DNA of 64,000 nt, taken from contig CAVSIV010000006.1 of NCBI GenBank assembly GCA_963728205.1, positions 640,001 to 704,000 on the forward strand, written 5' to 3'. Under the pieces are notes generated by a model that was not told the DNA's origin, made no database searches, and worked only from the letters and a program-made list of their open reading frames with translations. Below are positions 63,277-64,000 of this stretch, in pieces (within the stretch, counting starts at the first letter, position 1; each line of letters opens with the position of its first letter). Source of the stretch: an uncultured Chloroflexia bacterium (GTDB taxonomy: Bacteria; Chloroflexota; Dehalococcoidia; UBA2979). Made by a program: the position numbers and the translations under genes.

Positions 63277-64000
63277 TTAACCGAGCGCGACGCGCAGGGT
63301 GCGTTCCGCCGCCGAGCTGCCTTCGACGTGCGCGCGCTGTCCGAGTCGCCCGGCGAGTCCCGCCGCGATCTCGGTCGACGTCACGGGTTCGCGCAGCTGC
63401 AGGCGCAGTCGCGCCTCGCCCTGCGAGTACGCCTCGACGGTGGCCTCGCGCACGGCGCCCAGGTGGGCGAGTGCGTCCTGCACCCGCATCAGGCCCTGGA
63501 AGCCGGCCACCGGGGAGACGCGCAGCGTGACCGAGCCCGCGTCCGGGGAGAAGCGGTCGCCGGCGGCTTCGGTCTCGGGCTGCGGCGACTCCGCGCGGGG
63601 CGGCGGGGCGCCGGCGGGCGGCTCGGCCGGGCGGTACGACGACCCGGCAGGGGGCGCGGCGGGGGGCACATTCTGGCCGACGGCCTCGCGCAGCGGCTCG
63701 CCGCGGCCGGGCTCGAAGGGCGTCGGCGGGGGCGGCGCGGACGGCCTGGGCGCGGGCTCGACGGGAGCGGCCTCACGCGGCGCCGCGGGCGGGGGCGGCC
63801 GCGCGGCGGAGCCGGCGGAACGACGGAGAGCGTGCGCGCGGGCGGCGGCTCGACGGCGGCCGCGGGCGGCTCCGCGCGATACGGCGGCGCGGCGGGCGGC
63901 TCCGCGCGATACGGCGGCGCGGCGGGCGGCGGCGCGGCCGACGCGGCGGGCTCGTAGGCGAGGCGCTCGAGCGGCGGCGGAACCGCGGGACGCGGCGGGT
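63277..64000 (-). CDS. Partial Pro-rich protein with a compact C-terminal domain; 5' end beyond the right edge; likely frameshift near 63800
   Basis: C-terminus VTLRVSPVAGFQGLMRVQDAL...EAYSQGEARLRL; the upstream YRAEPPAAPP repeats are in another frame. Confidence 0.6.
   Translation of the reverse strand, partial: PAASRGSAAARAPRLRARRVGRAAARRAAVSRGAARRAAVSRGAARGRRRAAARAHALRRSAGSAARPPPPAAPREAAPVEPAPRPSAPPPPTPFEPGRGEPLREAVGQNVPPAAPPAGSSYRPAEPPAGAPPPRAESPQPETEAAGDRFSPDAGSVTLRVSPVAGFQGLMRVQDALAHLGAVREATVEAYSQGEARLRLQLREPVTSTEIAAGLAGRLGQRAHVEGSSAAERTLRVALG

Overview
Very GC-rich bacterial DNA. The gene content suggests Chloroflexota, probably Dehalococcoidia-like (inference). The window has three zones. 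(1) 1-15.85 kb holds a truncated GAF histidine kinase, an enoyl-CoA hydratase, an ArsR-SRPBCC gene and a divergently transcribed heme/lipid cluster. The cluster pairs a membrane patatin-like phospholipase with a likely operon: atypical P450, small conserved protein, HFAR-repeat protein, DyP peroxidase, catalase-like protein and alpha-dioxygenase-like heme peroxidase. It looks like an uncharacterised oxylipin (fatty-acid hydroperoxide) pathway and is the best candidate for a new system. (2) About 15.9-46.4 kb is an accessory, island-like block ending at the 3' end of tRNA-Arg(UCG). It contains duplicated response-regulator pairs, three secreted proteins with a shared P-x-x-TGN-x-GL/TM/basic tail, glgX, HD-GYP-LuxR, a SARP regulator, HAD-xfp-fba-P3A H+-ATPase, CsbD, PRC-barrel and a Na/Ca exchanger. 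A GT(G/A)ACG-N5 direct-repeat motif recurs upstream of several of these genes. (3) 46.5-64 kb holds housekeeping-type genes (NYN, TPR, hydrolase, GNAT, PhhB, class III aminotransferase, 3D domain, XRE, ChlI-like ATPase/VWA, K+ channel, VOC, DAG kinase, recF, histidine kinase). A REP/REPIN-like hairpin family (CGGCGGCA-N3/4-TGCCGCCG) fills zones 1 and 3, and I did not see it in zone 2. About eight small frameshifts suggest long-read indel errors, so some apparent fusions in the ORF track are probably artefacts. All calls come from reading motifs by eye; no database searches were run.
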